A DNA stretch of 64,000 nt from Candidatus Marinacidobacterium sp. Lineage in GTDB: Bacteria; Acidobacteriota; Vicinamibacteria; Marinacidobacterales; Marinacidobacteraceae. This document shows positions 56,010 to 64,000 of this stretch, piece by piece (the first letter of the stretch is position 1; each line of letters begins with the position of its first letter). The position numbers and the translations under genes are program-made. The DNA is taken from contig OZ242011.1 in the NCBI GenBank assembly GCA_965204755.1, positions 3,424,001 to 3,488,000 on the forward strand, written 5' to 3'. Below the pieces are notes generated by a model that saw only the letters and a program-made list of their open reading frames with translations, was not told the DNA's origin and did not search any database.

Positions 56010-58087
56010 TCGCGCGCCGGTCCGCCTCGTCCTCCGCCCCCGGGCGGCGGGCGCTCGGTCTCGCCCTCGGAGTCTTCCTCTTCGCGGCCCCGGCCGCCCC
56101 GGCCTCCGCTGCCCGGGGGCAGGAGGGCGAAACCCTGCGGATCGCCGCCCGGCTCCCGGAACTCCGCGCCTTCTCGGCGCTCCCGGACCGGGCGGCTTCG
56201 GCGCTGCTCGCCCTCGCCGAAGTGCTCGCCGCGTTCGACGAACGGCGGGACGCCGCCGGCGAGTTGCCGGCGATGGAGGCCGAGTTGTACCTGCGGGCGC
56301 TGGAGTACCGGGCCCGGGCCCACCTGACCCGCGGCGAAGTCGGCGAGGCGGCGGAGGACTTCCGGGCGGTGCTGCTGGCGGACCCCGGCTGGCGGCCGGA
56401 TGTGGCCGACATCACCCCCGCCGCGGTGGACCTCTTCGAGGCGGAGCGCGGCGAACTGGTGGCCTACCTCACGGTCGAGACCGACCCCCCGGGCGGGACG
56501 GTGTTCCTCGAGGAAGAACCCCTCGGGCAGACGCCGCTCGTCGCCCGGCCGGTGTTCGCCGGGACCCACGCCGTCCGCGTGGAGCGCCCCGGATACGCCG
56601 CGGTGGTGGAGCGGGCGGCGGACCTCTTCCCCGGCGAAGTGCTGGCGCTCTCGTGGGAACTCGACCGGGTCGGCCCGGTGCTCTCCGTCATCACCGCCCC
56701 GGCCGGGGTCACCGTCCGGGTGGACGGCCGGGTGGTGGGGCTGACCGGCGGCGCCCTGCCGGAGGACCTCCGGCCGGCGGTGCCGCCGCGCTTCGCCGAC
56801 GAGGTCTTCTCCGCTCCCCTGATGCTGTCCGGGCTGACCCTCGGCGAGCACGACATCACCCTGGAGGCGCCCTGCCGGCGGCCCTCCCGGTTCGTCTTCC
56901 ACGCGGACGAGCCGCGCGACTACCTGCCCCGGTTCGTCCGCCTCCGCCCCTCGACCGGGGGCCTCCGGATCGAGAGCGAGCCCAGCGGCGGGCGGGTCTG
57001 GCTGGACGGCGAGGAGCGGGGCGTGACGCCGCTCTCGTTCTCCGCGATGTGTTCCGGGGAGCACCGGGTGGACATCCGGCATCCCGCCGGGCGCTGCGTC
57101 CGGTCGGTTTCCGTCTCGCGCGGCAGCCGGTCGGCGGTGCGCTGCGCGCTGCGTCCGGTGGCGGCGCTCGACGGCGGCGGGCCGGAGGGCGCGGAGGCGC
57201 TCGCCGCCGTTCGCCGGGTGCTCGAAGGGAGCGAGGAGTTCTTCTTCGCCGGGGGACTGCCGGGGGAAGCGGAGGCCGCGGAAGTCCAGGCCCGGATCCG
57301 GGTGCGCCTGCCGCCGCCGGCCGCCGGCGAGGCCGCGGTGGAGTTCCTCGCCGCCGGATCGGCGGCGCCCGACCGCGCCGTCTTCGACCGCTTCGCCCCG
57401 GGAACCGCCGCCGCCGCCCTGCGCGGGCTGCTCGACCCGCCGGAGCGGCGGAGGCCCTGGATCGGGGCGGCGGTCGCCCTCCGCCGCCCCCCGGAGGGGC
57501 GGGCGCCGGTCCTCGAGATCGCTTCGGTGCGGCCGGAGGGCCCGGCCGGCCTCGCCGGGGTCGAGCCGGGAGACGAAGTCCGGCTCGCCGGGGGGGAGGA
57601 GGTGTTCGACGAACTGGGCTTCGCCCAACAACTCGCCCGCCACGAACCGGGGAGCGCCTTCGACCTGCTGGTCGCCCGGGACCGGGCCGAGCGCCGCCTC
57701 CGCCTGGTGGTCGCGGAGACCCCGGTGCTGCCGGCGCGCTCCGGCCACCGGTGCAACCGCCGGTTGACCGAGTTGGACGCGGCCGCCGCCCTCGGGGACG
57801 ACGATTCCTTCGACCGGCTGGAGGCCGGCGTCTGCCGGTTGCTGCTCGGGGACCCGGCCGGGGCGCTGTCCCGCGAGTTCCCGGAGGTCGAACTCCCGAT
57901 GGGGCCGGGGATCGGGCAGGGGACGCTCTTCTACTACCGGGGGCTGGCGCTGCTCGCCGCCGGGGAGCGCGAGCGCGCCGCCCGGGACTTCGCCGCCGCG
58001 GCGGAGGTCCCCGGCGCGACCCTGGTGACCCACGACGGGCCGCTGCTCGCCCCGCTCGCGCTGCGCCGCGCCGCCCGGCTGCGATGA
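56006..58087 (+). CDS. Exported protein with TPR, PEGA repeats and a PDZ domain
   Basis: PEGA-like LTVETDPPGGTVFL..LGQTP, ITAPAGVTVRVDG, IESEPSGGRVWLDG..GVTP; PDZ-like GPAGLAGVEPGDEV; GTG start overlaps the upstream stop. Confidence 0.78.
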   Translation: MIARRSASSSAPGRRALGLALGVFLFAAPAAPASAARGQEGETLRIAARLPELRAFSALPDRAASALLALAEVLAAFDERRDAAGELPAMEAELYLRALEYRARAHLTRGEVGEAAEDFRAVLLADPGWRPDVADITPAAVDLFEAERGELVAYLTVETDPPGGTVFLEEEPLGQTPLVARPVFAGTHAVRVERPGYAAVVERAADLFPGEVLALSWELDRVGPVLSVITAPAGVTVRVDGRVVGLTGGALPEDLRPAVPPRFADEVFSAPLMLSGLTLGEHDITLEAPCRRPSRFVFHADEPRDYLPRFVRLRPSTGGLRIESEPSGGRVWLDGEERGVTPLSFSAMCSGEHRVDIRHPAGRCVRSVSVSRGSRSAVRCALRPVAALDGGGPEGAEALAAVRRVLEGSEEFFFAGGLPGEAEAAEVQARIRVRLPPPAAGEAAVEFLAAGSAAPDRAVFDRFAPGTAAAALRGLLDPPERRRPWIGAAVALRRPPEGRAPVLEIASVRPEGPAGLAGVEPGDEVRLAGGEEVFDELGFAQQLARHEPGSAFDLLVARDRAERRLRLVVAETPVLPARSGHRCNRRLTELDAAAALGDDDSFDRLEAGVCRLLLGDPAGALSREFPEVELPMGPGIGQGTLFYYRGLALLAAGERERAARDFAAAAEVPGATLVTHDGPLLAPLALRRAARLR

Positions 58088-58164
58088 CGGACTGGCCGCG
58101 ATGACGGACCGGCTGCGATGACCGACCGGCCGCGATGACCGACCGGCTGCGATGACCGACCGGC
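58077..58164 (+). repeat. 17-bp tandem repeat (GGCYGCGATGACSGACY x5), each unit containing an ATGA stop/start overlap
   Basis: ATG at 58084, 58101, 58118, 58135 and 58152 (period 17). Confidence 0.95.
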
Positions 58165-59138
58165 CCGATCCGCCCGCCGGGGAGGCACCGCCGCCGCGCC
58201 CGGCGGAACGGGCCCGGCGCCCCTACGCGGTCGTGGTGGAAAACGAGCGCGCCGGCCGCTCTCCGGGGACGAGCGTGGCGCCGCCGTCGCGGTTCGAGAT
58301 CACCGCGCGGGAAACGATCGTCGGGCGGGATCCCTCCTGCGCCATCCGCCTCGACAACCTCTTCGTGAGCCGGCGGCATGCCCGCCTCCTGCTCCGGGGG
58401 GCGACGCTGCACCTCGACGACCTCGCCAGCACCAATGTGACCCGGCGGAACGGCGACCCGGTGTATACCCGGGTGCAGGTCCACCCCGGCGATGTCCTCC
58501 ACTTCGCCTCCGTCCGCTGCCGGGTGGTCGAGGCCTCGCCCCACCCCGACGACGAAGCCGCCGAGGAGCGACCGGCCGGGGCGGCCGAGTCCGCGGAGGG
58601 CGGTTCGGCCCCGCCGGAGGCGGGCGCGGCGCCGGTCGAGCCGGCCGAAGCGGCGTCCGTGCCCCTCCCGGCGGAGCCCCCGACAACGGCGCCCGCGTCA
58701 GGGGACGGCGAAGGGGAAGGGGAGGGGGAAGGCAGGGGCACCGAAGAGCCCGGCGCCCCGGCGTCCGCCGCCGAGGCGGAACCGGCCCGGCCGACGCCCG
58801 AGGGGGCGGGGGACGACCGCCCCGCCGAAGGGGCAGGCGAAGGAGAGGGGGCGCCCGGGGAGGGCGAGAGCGCCGGCGGCGGGGAGCCGGGACTCGAGGC
58901 TCCGCCGGCCCCGGGAGACGCCCCGGCTGCGCCCGTATTCCCGGCTGCGCCCGTATCTCCGGCTGCGCCGGTTTCCCCGGCTGCGCCGGCCCCTCCCGTC
59001 GTGCCCGTCGTCCGGGCGGGGCCGATCTTCGTGGCCGGCCCTCTTCCCGGAGAACCGCGCCGCACCCGGTTGCGCGCCGCGCTGTGGGGGCTGGCGCTCG
59101 CGGCGCTCGCGGCGCTCGCCGCGGTCGTCCTCCTCTGA
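58152..59138 (+). CDS. FHA domain protein with Pro/Ala/Glu-rich linker and C-terminal TM anchor
   Basis: IVGRD, VSRRHA, DLASTN, PGDVLHF FHA motifs; C-terminal hydrophobic helix. Confidence 0.88.
   Translation: MTDRPDPPAGEAPPPRPAERARRPYAVVVENERAGRSPGTSVAPPSRFEITARETIVGRDPSCAIRLDNLFVSRRHARLLLRGATLHLDDLASTNVTRRNGDPVYTRVQVHPGDVLHFASVRCRVVEASPHPDDEAAEERPAGAAESAEGGSAPPEAGAAPVEPAEAASVPLPAEPPTTAPASGDGEGEGEGEGRGTEEPGAPASAAEAEPARPTPEGAGDDRPAEGAGEGEGAPGEGESAGGGEPGLEAPPAPGDAPAAPVFPAAPVSPAAPVSPAAPAPPVVPVVRAGPIFVAGPLPGEPRRTRLRAALWGLALAALAALAAVVLL
58923..58989 (+). repeat. 18-bp tandem repeat encoding PAAPV(F/S) inside the FHA gene
   Basis: CCGGCTGCGCC at 58923, 58941, 58959 and 58977. Confidence 0.9.
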
Positions 59139-59148
59139 GCGCCCCGCG

Positions 59149-60162
59149 GTGACCCGGTCCGGGCCCGACCCCCCGGAGGCGTCCGCCGCCGGCCTCCCTC
59201 CCCGGCTGCCGCCGCCGGCGGTTCGTCCGGGGGCCACCGTCGGGGTCTTCGCCCCGGCGAGCCCGGTGCGGCCCGAGTTCCTCGAAGCCGGCGAGGCGGC
59301 GCTCCGCCGGCTGGGTTTCGAGCCCCGGCGGGCGCCGAACCTGCTGAAGCGCGCCGACTACACCGCCGGCGCCCCCGAAGAGCGGGCCTCGGACCTCCGC
59401 GCCCTGCTCGAGGACGACGAAGTGGCGGCGCTGTTCGCCGCGCGCGGGGGCTACGGCAGTCTGGACCTCCTCCCGCTCGTCGAGCCGGCCCTCCTGCGCC
59501 GGAACCCCAAGGCGATCCTCGGCGCGAGCGACGCCACCGCGCTGCTCGCCTGGGCGCGGCGGGCCGGGGTCACCGGCTTCTACGGGCCGATGGTGGCCCA
59601 GCAGATCGCCCGCGGCGAGGACGCCTTCGACGCCGGGGAACTCCTGGACGCGCTCGCCGCGGTCGAACCGGGGCTCCGCCTGCCCTGGCGGGGCGCCCGG
59701 TTCCTCCACCCCGGCGCCGCCGAAGGCGTCCTCGCCGGGGGCTGCCTCTCGCTCGTCGCCGCCCTCGCCGGAACCCCCTTCGAAATCCGCTTCGACGGGG
59801 CCGTCGCGCTCTTCGAAGACCTCGCGGTCAAGCCCTACCAGTTGGAGCGGATGCTCCGCCAACTCGACCTCGCCGGCGCGCTCCGGGGCGTCCGCGGGAT
59901 CGTGTTCGGGCAGATGCCCGGCTGCGTCCAGCACCCCGACCAGGGGTACGAGTTGCCCGATCTCCTGCGCCGCCTCACCGGGCGGTTCGAGGTCCCGGTG
60001 GTCTTCGGCTTCGCCGCCGGACATACCGACGGGGCGGCGGCCGACCCGGAGGCCGACCCGGAAGCCGACCCGGAGGCCCGGAAGTGCCGCACCGTCCCCC
60101 TCGGCGTCCGGGCGCGGCTGGACGGAGACGGCCTGACCCTGCTGGAGGCGGCGGTCGCTTGA
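59149..60162 (+). CDS. ldcA: LD-carboxypeptidase (peptidase S66)
   Basis: FAPASP, ARGGYGS, GASDAT, GGCLS, FED, AGH; adjacent to mpl. Confidence 0.9.
   Translation: MTRSGPDPPEASAAGLPPRLPPPAVRPGATVGVFAPASPVRPEFLEAGEAALRRLGFEPRRAPNLLKRADYTAGAPEERASDLRALLEDDEVAALFAARGGYGSLDLLPLVEPALLRRNPKAILGASDATALLAWARRAGVTGFYGPMVAQQIARGEDAFDAGELLDALAAVEPGLRLPWRGARFLHPGAAEGVLAGGCLSLVAALAGTPFEIRFDGAVALFEDLAVKPYQLERMLRQLDLAGALRGVRGIVFGQMPGCVQHPDQGYELPDLLRRLTGRFEVPVVFGFAAGHTDGAAADPEADPEADPEARKCRTVPLGVRARLDGDGLTLLEAAVA
60040..60075 (+). repeat. 12-bp tandem repeat GCCGACCCGGAR x3 (ADPE) inside ldcA
   Basis: Copies at 60040, 60052 and 60064. Confidence 0.92.
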
Positions 60163-61601
60163 TCCCGCCGCTCGCCCCGGGCGCCCGGATCCACCTGCTG
60201 GGCGCCGCCGGGACCGCGATGGCCTCCCTCGCCGGGCTGCTCTCCGCCCTCGGGTACCGGGTCTCCGGCTCCGACGAGCGCGCCTACCCGCCGATGTCCA
60301 CCCTGCTGGAGGACCTGGGCATCCCCCTCCGCGCGCCGTTTTCGGCGGACAACCTCCCGGCGGACGCCGCGGCGGTCGTCGTGGGGAACGCCGTCTCCCG
60401 CGGGAATCCGGAACTCGAGGCCGCGCTCGACCGGGGGGATCTGCTGGTCTCCTTCCCGGAGACCCTGCGGGAACTCGTCCTCCGGGAGCGCCGCCCGGCG
60501 GTCGTCGCCGGCACCCACGGGAAGACCACGACCACCTCCCTCCTCGCCTGGATCCTGCGGACCGCCGGCCGGGACATCGGCTACCTGGTGGGCGGGGTGG
60601 CGCCGGACCTCGGCGGGAGTTTCCGCCCCGGCGCCCCCGGCGAACCGTTCGTGGTCGAGGGCGACGAATACGACACCGCGTACTGGGACAAGGGGCCGAA
60701 GTTCCTCCACTACCTGCCGGAAGTCGCCGTCGTCGGGAATGTGGAGTTCGACCACGCGGACATCTACCCCGACTTCGCCGCGGTGCGGCGGGCGTTCTCG
60801 TTCCTCGCCCGGCTGCCGCCCCGCCGGGGCCTGCTCCTGCTCGGCGCCGACTCGCCGGCCGCGGCGGCGCTCGCCGAATACGCCCACACCACCGCGCGGA
60901 CCTTCGGCCTGTCCGAAGGGGCGGACTGGCGGGGCGTCCCGGAGTCGTCCGGGCCCTCGGGCACCCGCCTCGCGGTCCGCCGAGGCGGCGAGGCGCTGGC
61001 CCCGCTGGAGGGGAGGTTCTGGGGAGACGCCGGCTGCCGCAACCTGCTCGCGGCCGCCGCTGCAGCGGACTGGCTCGGCGCCCCCTGGGAGGCGGTGCGG
61101 GCGGCCGCGGCTTCCTTCCGGGGGGTGGCGCGCCGGCTGGAAGTCCTTTCGGATCGGGGGGAGGGAAGGGAGCGGATCGTGGTGGCGCGGGACTTCGCCC
61201 ACCACCCCACGGCGGTCGCTTCGGTGGTCGAGGCCGCCGGGAAGAGATGGCCGGGCGCCCGGATCGTCGCCGTCTTCGAGCCCCGTTCCTTCACCGCCCG
61301 GAGCCGGGTGTTCCAGCAGGAGTTCGCCGCCGCCTTCCGGGGCGCCGCCGCGGTGCTCCTCTCGGGCGCCCCGGAGGGCCGCGGCCGACCCTCGCGGGAG
61401 GCCTCCCGCCTCGACCTCCCGCGACTCGCGGAGGCGCTGGCCGCGGAGTGCGAGTCGGCGGCGGTCGCGGAAACCCCGGAAGACCTCGTGGAGCGCGCCG
61501 TCTCCCTCGCGGAGGCCGCCCCGCCGACCGTCCTCCTGTTCCTGTCGAACGGCCACTTCGCCGCAGTCCCCGAACAGGCCGCCGCCCGCCTCCGGGGCTG
61601 A
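60159..61601 (+). CDS. mpl: Murein peptide ligase (Mpl/MurC-like)
   Basis: IHLLGAAGTAMASLA, GSD..YPPMST, GNAVSRGNPE, GTHGKTTT, EGDEYDTAY, EFDHADIY, DFAHHPTA, EPRS, LSNG. Confidence 0.92.
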   Translation: MIPPLAPGARIHLLGAAGTAMASLAGLLSALGYRVSGSDERAYPPMSTLLEDLGIPLRAPFSADNLPADAAAVVVGNAVSRGNPELEAALDRGDLLVSFPETLRELVLRERRPAVVAGTHGKTTTTSLLAWILRTAGRDIGYLVGGVAPDLGGSFRPGAPGEPFVVEGDEYDTAYWDKGPKFLHYLPEVAVVGNVEFDHADIYPDFAAVRRAFSFLARLPPRRGLLLLGADSPAAAALAEYAHTTARTFGLSEGADWRGVPESSGPSGTRLAVRRGGEALAPLEGRFWGDAGCRNLLAAAAAADWLGAPWEAVRAAAASFRGVARRLEVLSDRGEGRERIVVARDFAHHPTAVASVVEAAGKRWPGARIVAVFEPRSFTARSRVFQQEFAAAFRGAAAVLLSGAPEGRGRPSREASRLDLPRLAEALAAECESAAVAETPEDLVERAVSLAEAAPPTVLLFLSNGHFAAVPEQAAARLRG

Positions 61602-61660
61602 CGCGGCGGGCGTCCGGGGGGCCCGTCCGCCGGCGGGCGATTCCGGACAAATGTCTGGTT

Positions 61661-62395
61661 ATGGTTCCGGGCGTGAACACCCGGAGCGGGGCGGCCGCGC
61701 CGGCGCGGGCCGGCCGGAGGGTCGTCCGGCGCGGCGCGCCGACGAACGACCTGGTCCTGAGCGCCTACGCCGCGTCGAACGAGCAGGTGTTCCCGAAGGT
61801 CCTGGCGCTCTATGTCGCTCCCGGCAGCACCGTGGCCGATGTGACCCACGGGAAGGGGGTCTTCTGGCGGCTGGTGGCGCCGGCCCGCTACCGGTTACTG
61901 GCCACCGACCTCGGCGACGGGGTGGATTGCCGCGACCTTCCGTACGGGGACGAATCCGTGGATTGCGTGGTTCTCGACCCTCCGTACATGCATTCCCCGG
62001 GAGGGACGGCGCACTCCGGGCAAGAACCTTTCGAGTCCTACTACCGGAACAACGACGCGGGCCGCCGCGCTTCGGCGAAGTACCACGAAGCCGTGCTCGA
62101 ACTCTATGTGGACGCAGGCAGGGAAGCGCGGCGCGTATTGCGCGCCCGAGGCGTCTTCATCGTGAAGTGTCAGGACGAGGTCTGTTCCAACCGGCAGCGG
62201 TTCACGCATGTGGAACTCATGCGCGCATACGGGGAGATGGGTTTCGTCGCCGAAGACCTCTTCGTCGTCATGCGGAACAACCGACCGGGCGTCAGCCGGA
62301 CCGAGCGGCAGGTACACGCCCGGAAGAACCATTCGTACTTCCTCGTGTTCTGGAAGAGGGGAGAAGGAAGCGCGATCTGGAAACCGCCGGACTGA
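61661..62395 (+). CDS. Small orphan amino-methyltransferase (N6-adenine/N4-cytosine DNA methyltransferase-like)
   Basis: SAM-binding-like ADVTHGKGVFW followed by VVLDPPY, then EARRVL..GVFIVKCQD, HARKNHSYFLVF; start ATG 61661 or GTG 61673. Confidence 0.78.
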   Translation: MVPGVNTRSGAAAPARAGRRVVRRGAPTNDLVLSAYAASNEQVFPKVLALYVAPGSTVADVTHGKGVFWRLVAPARYRLLATDLGDGVDCRDLPYGDESVDCVVLDPPYMHSPGGTAHSGQEPFESYYRNNDAGRRASAKYHEAVLELYVDAGREARRVLRARGVFIVKCQDEVCSNRQRFTHVELMRAYGEMGFVAEDLFVVMRNNRPGVSRTERQVHARKNHSYFLVFWKRGEGSAIWKPPD

Positions 62396-62430
62396 GCGCC
62401 GTCGAACGGCTCCCGCCGACTCCGGTTCGG

Positions 62431-62458
62431 CGATACCCCGGACGCGTTCCGGGTATCG
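62431..62458. terminator. Hairpin between convergent genes (possible bidirectional terminator)
   Basis: CGATACCCCGGA-CGCGT-TCCGGGTATCG inverted repeat; no U-tract. Confidence 0.4.
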
Positions 62459-62508
62459 GCGCGGGGTTCCGTCCCCGCTCCGCGGGTATCAGTCCCCGCT
62501 CCGCGGGA

Positions 62509-63999
62509 TCAATCCCTGCTGCGCGGGGGGCGGCCTTCCCGGACGAGGGGGCCGAGGACATCGGCGTCGAGGTCGGCGCGGCGGACGATGCGGGGGGTGA
62601 GCGTCAGGATGATGTCCGACTCCTGGGAGCGGTCGGTGGTGTTGCCGAAGAGCCGGCCGAGCAGCGGGAGGTCGGCGACCCCGGGGATCCCGTTCAGGGT
62701 GGTGCGCTCCTCCTGGCGGATCAGGCCGGCGATCATGCTGGTTTCGCCGTTCTGGAGGCGGAGGGTGGTTTCGACGGCGCGGTTCCCGAAAGTCGGCAGC
62801 CCGGAATACCCGGTGCCGGAAACATTGTCGAGCCGGACCTTCACTTCGAGGGTCACCGTGTCGTCGTGGTGGATGCGGGGCAGCACCTCGATGCTGACGC
62901 CGACATTCTCGTATTCGAAAGTCGTCGTCGGTTGTTGCGCGAGTCCCCCGGCGGCGATCGGGGCGAAGGTGGTCACCGGCACCGGGACCCGCTCGCCGAA
63001 GTCGGCGGTGGCGGTCTTGCCGTCCGAGGCCCTCAGTTGCGGGTTGGCGAGCACCTGCGTGTCGGTGTCGGTCTTCACCAGCCGCAGCACCGCCGCCGGC
63101 AGGCCGGTGACTTTCAGGTTGGAGACCGCGTAGGGATTGGTGAGCACGGTGTCCAGCCGGGGCGCGAGCGCGAGCGCGATCCCTTCGGAACCCGGACTCA
63201 GCAGCGGCACGCCGTATTGCTGCAGGTGGTCCCGGTTCACTTCCATCAACTCGACATCCACGATGACTTCGCCCGGGCTCCGGTCGAGCGCTTCCACGAT
63301 GCGGGCGGCGGCGCGCACCTGCTCCCAGGTGTCCACCATCGTGATGGAGTTCGTCCCGGCGTGCTGCGCGATCTGTCTCAGACCGAGCGTGAGGCGGAGC
63401 GCGTCCATGGTTTCCACGATGTCGGCGGTGGAGAGGTAGAAGGTCTGGACGACTTCCTGTTCGTAACGCGACCGCTTCTGCGGGGTGTCGGGTATGACGG
63501 TGATGAGTTCCGGTGATTCCACCCGGAAGAAGTGGCCGGTGGTCGAAGTGAGGCCGCGGAGCGCGTCTTCGAAGGTCGAGTCCTCGGCTTCGATGGACAC
63601 CGGCCGATCCACGAAGTCCTCGTCGAAGGCGATGTTCACGCCGCCGATCTCGCCGAGGGTGAGCAGCACGGCGCGGAGGCCGGCGTCCCGGAACACGAAA
63701 CTCGCCGGCGCGCGGGCGCCGTCGAGGAGGTCGAGGCCGAAGGGCCGGGCGAGCGTCCGTTCCTTGAGTTCCGCCAGCGTCGCCGCCCGGGCGGCGTCGT
63801 CCTGGGCCTCGGCCGCTTCGCGCGCTTCGACGAGCCGCCGCTGGTAGCCGGCGTCCTCGGGGGCGAAGAGGACCGCCGTCCGCAGTTCGTCCTCCGCGCC
63901 CCGGTAGTCCTCGGCGGCCATTCGCCGCTCGGCCTCGGCGGCGTGCTCCTCCGCCGCCCGCAGTTTCACCCGCGCCAGCGCCATCCGGGCTTCGGGGTC
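62509..63999 (-). CDS. Secretin (type II secretion GspD/PilQ family) with TPR-like N-terminal part; 5' end outside the window
   Basis: FVFRDA..VNIAFD N0 domain, QTFYLS, VIVDVELMEV, VLANPQL, GERVP, YENVGV, P(R)IH, AGLI, GIPGVADLPLLGRLF, LTPRIV. Confidence 0.92.
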   Translation of the reverse strand, partial: DPEARMALARVKLRAAEEHAAEAERRMAAEDYRGAEDELRTAVLFAPEDAGYQRRLVEAREAAEAQDDAARAATLAELKERTLARPFGLDLLDGARAPASFVFRDAGLRAVLLTLGEIGGVNIAFDEDFVDRPVSIEAEDSTFEDALRGLTSTTGHFFRVESPELITVIPDTPQKRSRYEQEVVQTFYLSTADIVETMDALRLTLGLRQIAQHAGTNSITMVDTWEQVRAAARIVEALDRSPGEVIVDVELMEVNRDHLQQYGVPLLSPGSEGIALALAPRLDTVLTNPYAVSNLKVTGLPAAVLRLVKTDTDTQVLANPQLRASDGKTATADFGERVPVPVTTFAPIAAGGLAQQPTTTFEYENVGVSIEVLPRIHHDDTVTLEVKVRLDNVSGTGYSGLPTFGNRAVETTLRLQNGETSMIAGLIRQEERTTLNGIPGVADLPLLGRLFGNTTDRSQESDIILTLTPRIVRRADLDADVLGPLVREGRPPRSRD

Positions 64000-64000
64000 G

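Noticed and set aside
62471-62516. Two copies of GTCCCCGCTCCGCGGG(T)ATCA resembling a type I-E CRISPR repeat
   Set aside because: The copies are directly adjacent (period 21) with no spacer, there are only two, and no cas genes are in the window; better explained as a short tandem duplication at the end of the secretin gene.

Overview
64 kb of a very GC-rich (roughly 70% or more by eye) diderm bacterial chromosome. The gene order (def-fmt-rsmB-PASTA-rpe-bamD; leuS-lptE-holA-mgtE-recO-glyQ-glyS) is compatible with an Acidobacteriota genome, which is an inference. Most of the window is housekeeping: ald, tRNA-Gly(CCC), manB/manC-like, pgsA, yceD-rpmF-fabD-fabG-acpP-fabF, mutY, leuS, mutL, rpsP-rimM-trmD-rplS, ldcA-mpl and a secretin. 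Five conflict/defence-like units are interspersed singly, with no integrase or transposase nearby: an OLD-like ABC-ATPase/TOPRIM protein, a ~1490-aa sacsin-like GHKL-ATPase/SF2-helicase fusion, an AAA-ATPase/PD-(D/E)XK protein, a proline-rich small ORF plus SLATT-like 2TM protein pair, and an orphan DPPY methyltransferase. Signals outside the gene annotation: (i) near-total absence of the palindromes ACGT and AGCT with abundant ATGT/ACAT and AGTT/AACT; (ii) a 17-bp tandem repeat that forms a relay of four AUGA-coupled 6-codon minigenes between a PEGA/PDZ gene and an FHA gene; (iii) recurrent 12-bp tandem duplications; (iv) highly structured intergenic regions next to two outer-membrane protein genes. 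Many start codons were reassigned by eye from the long shadow ORFs in the track and are approximate. All family assignments come from motif recognition, not database searches.
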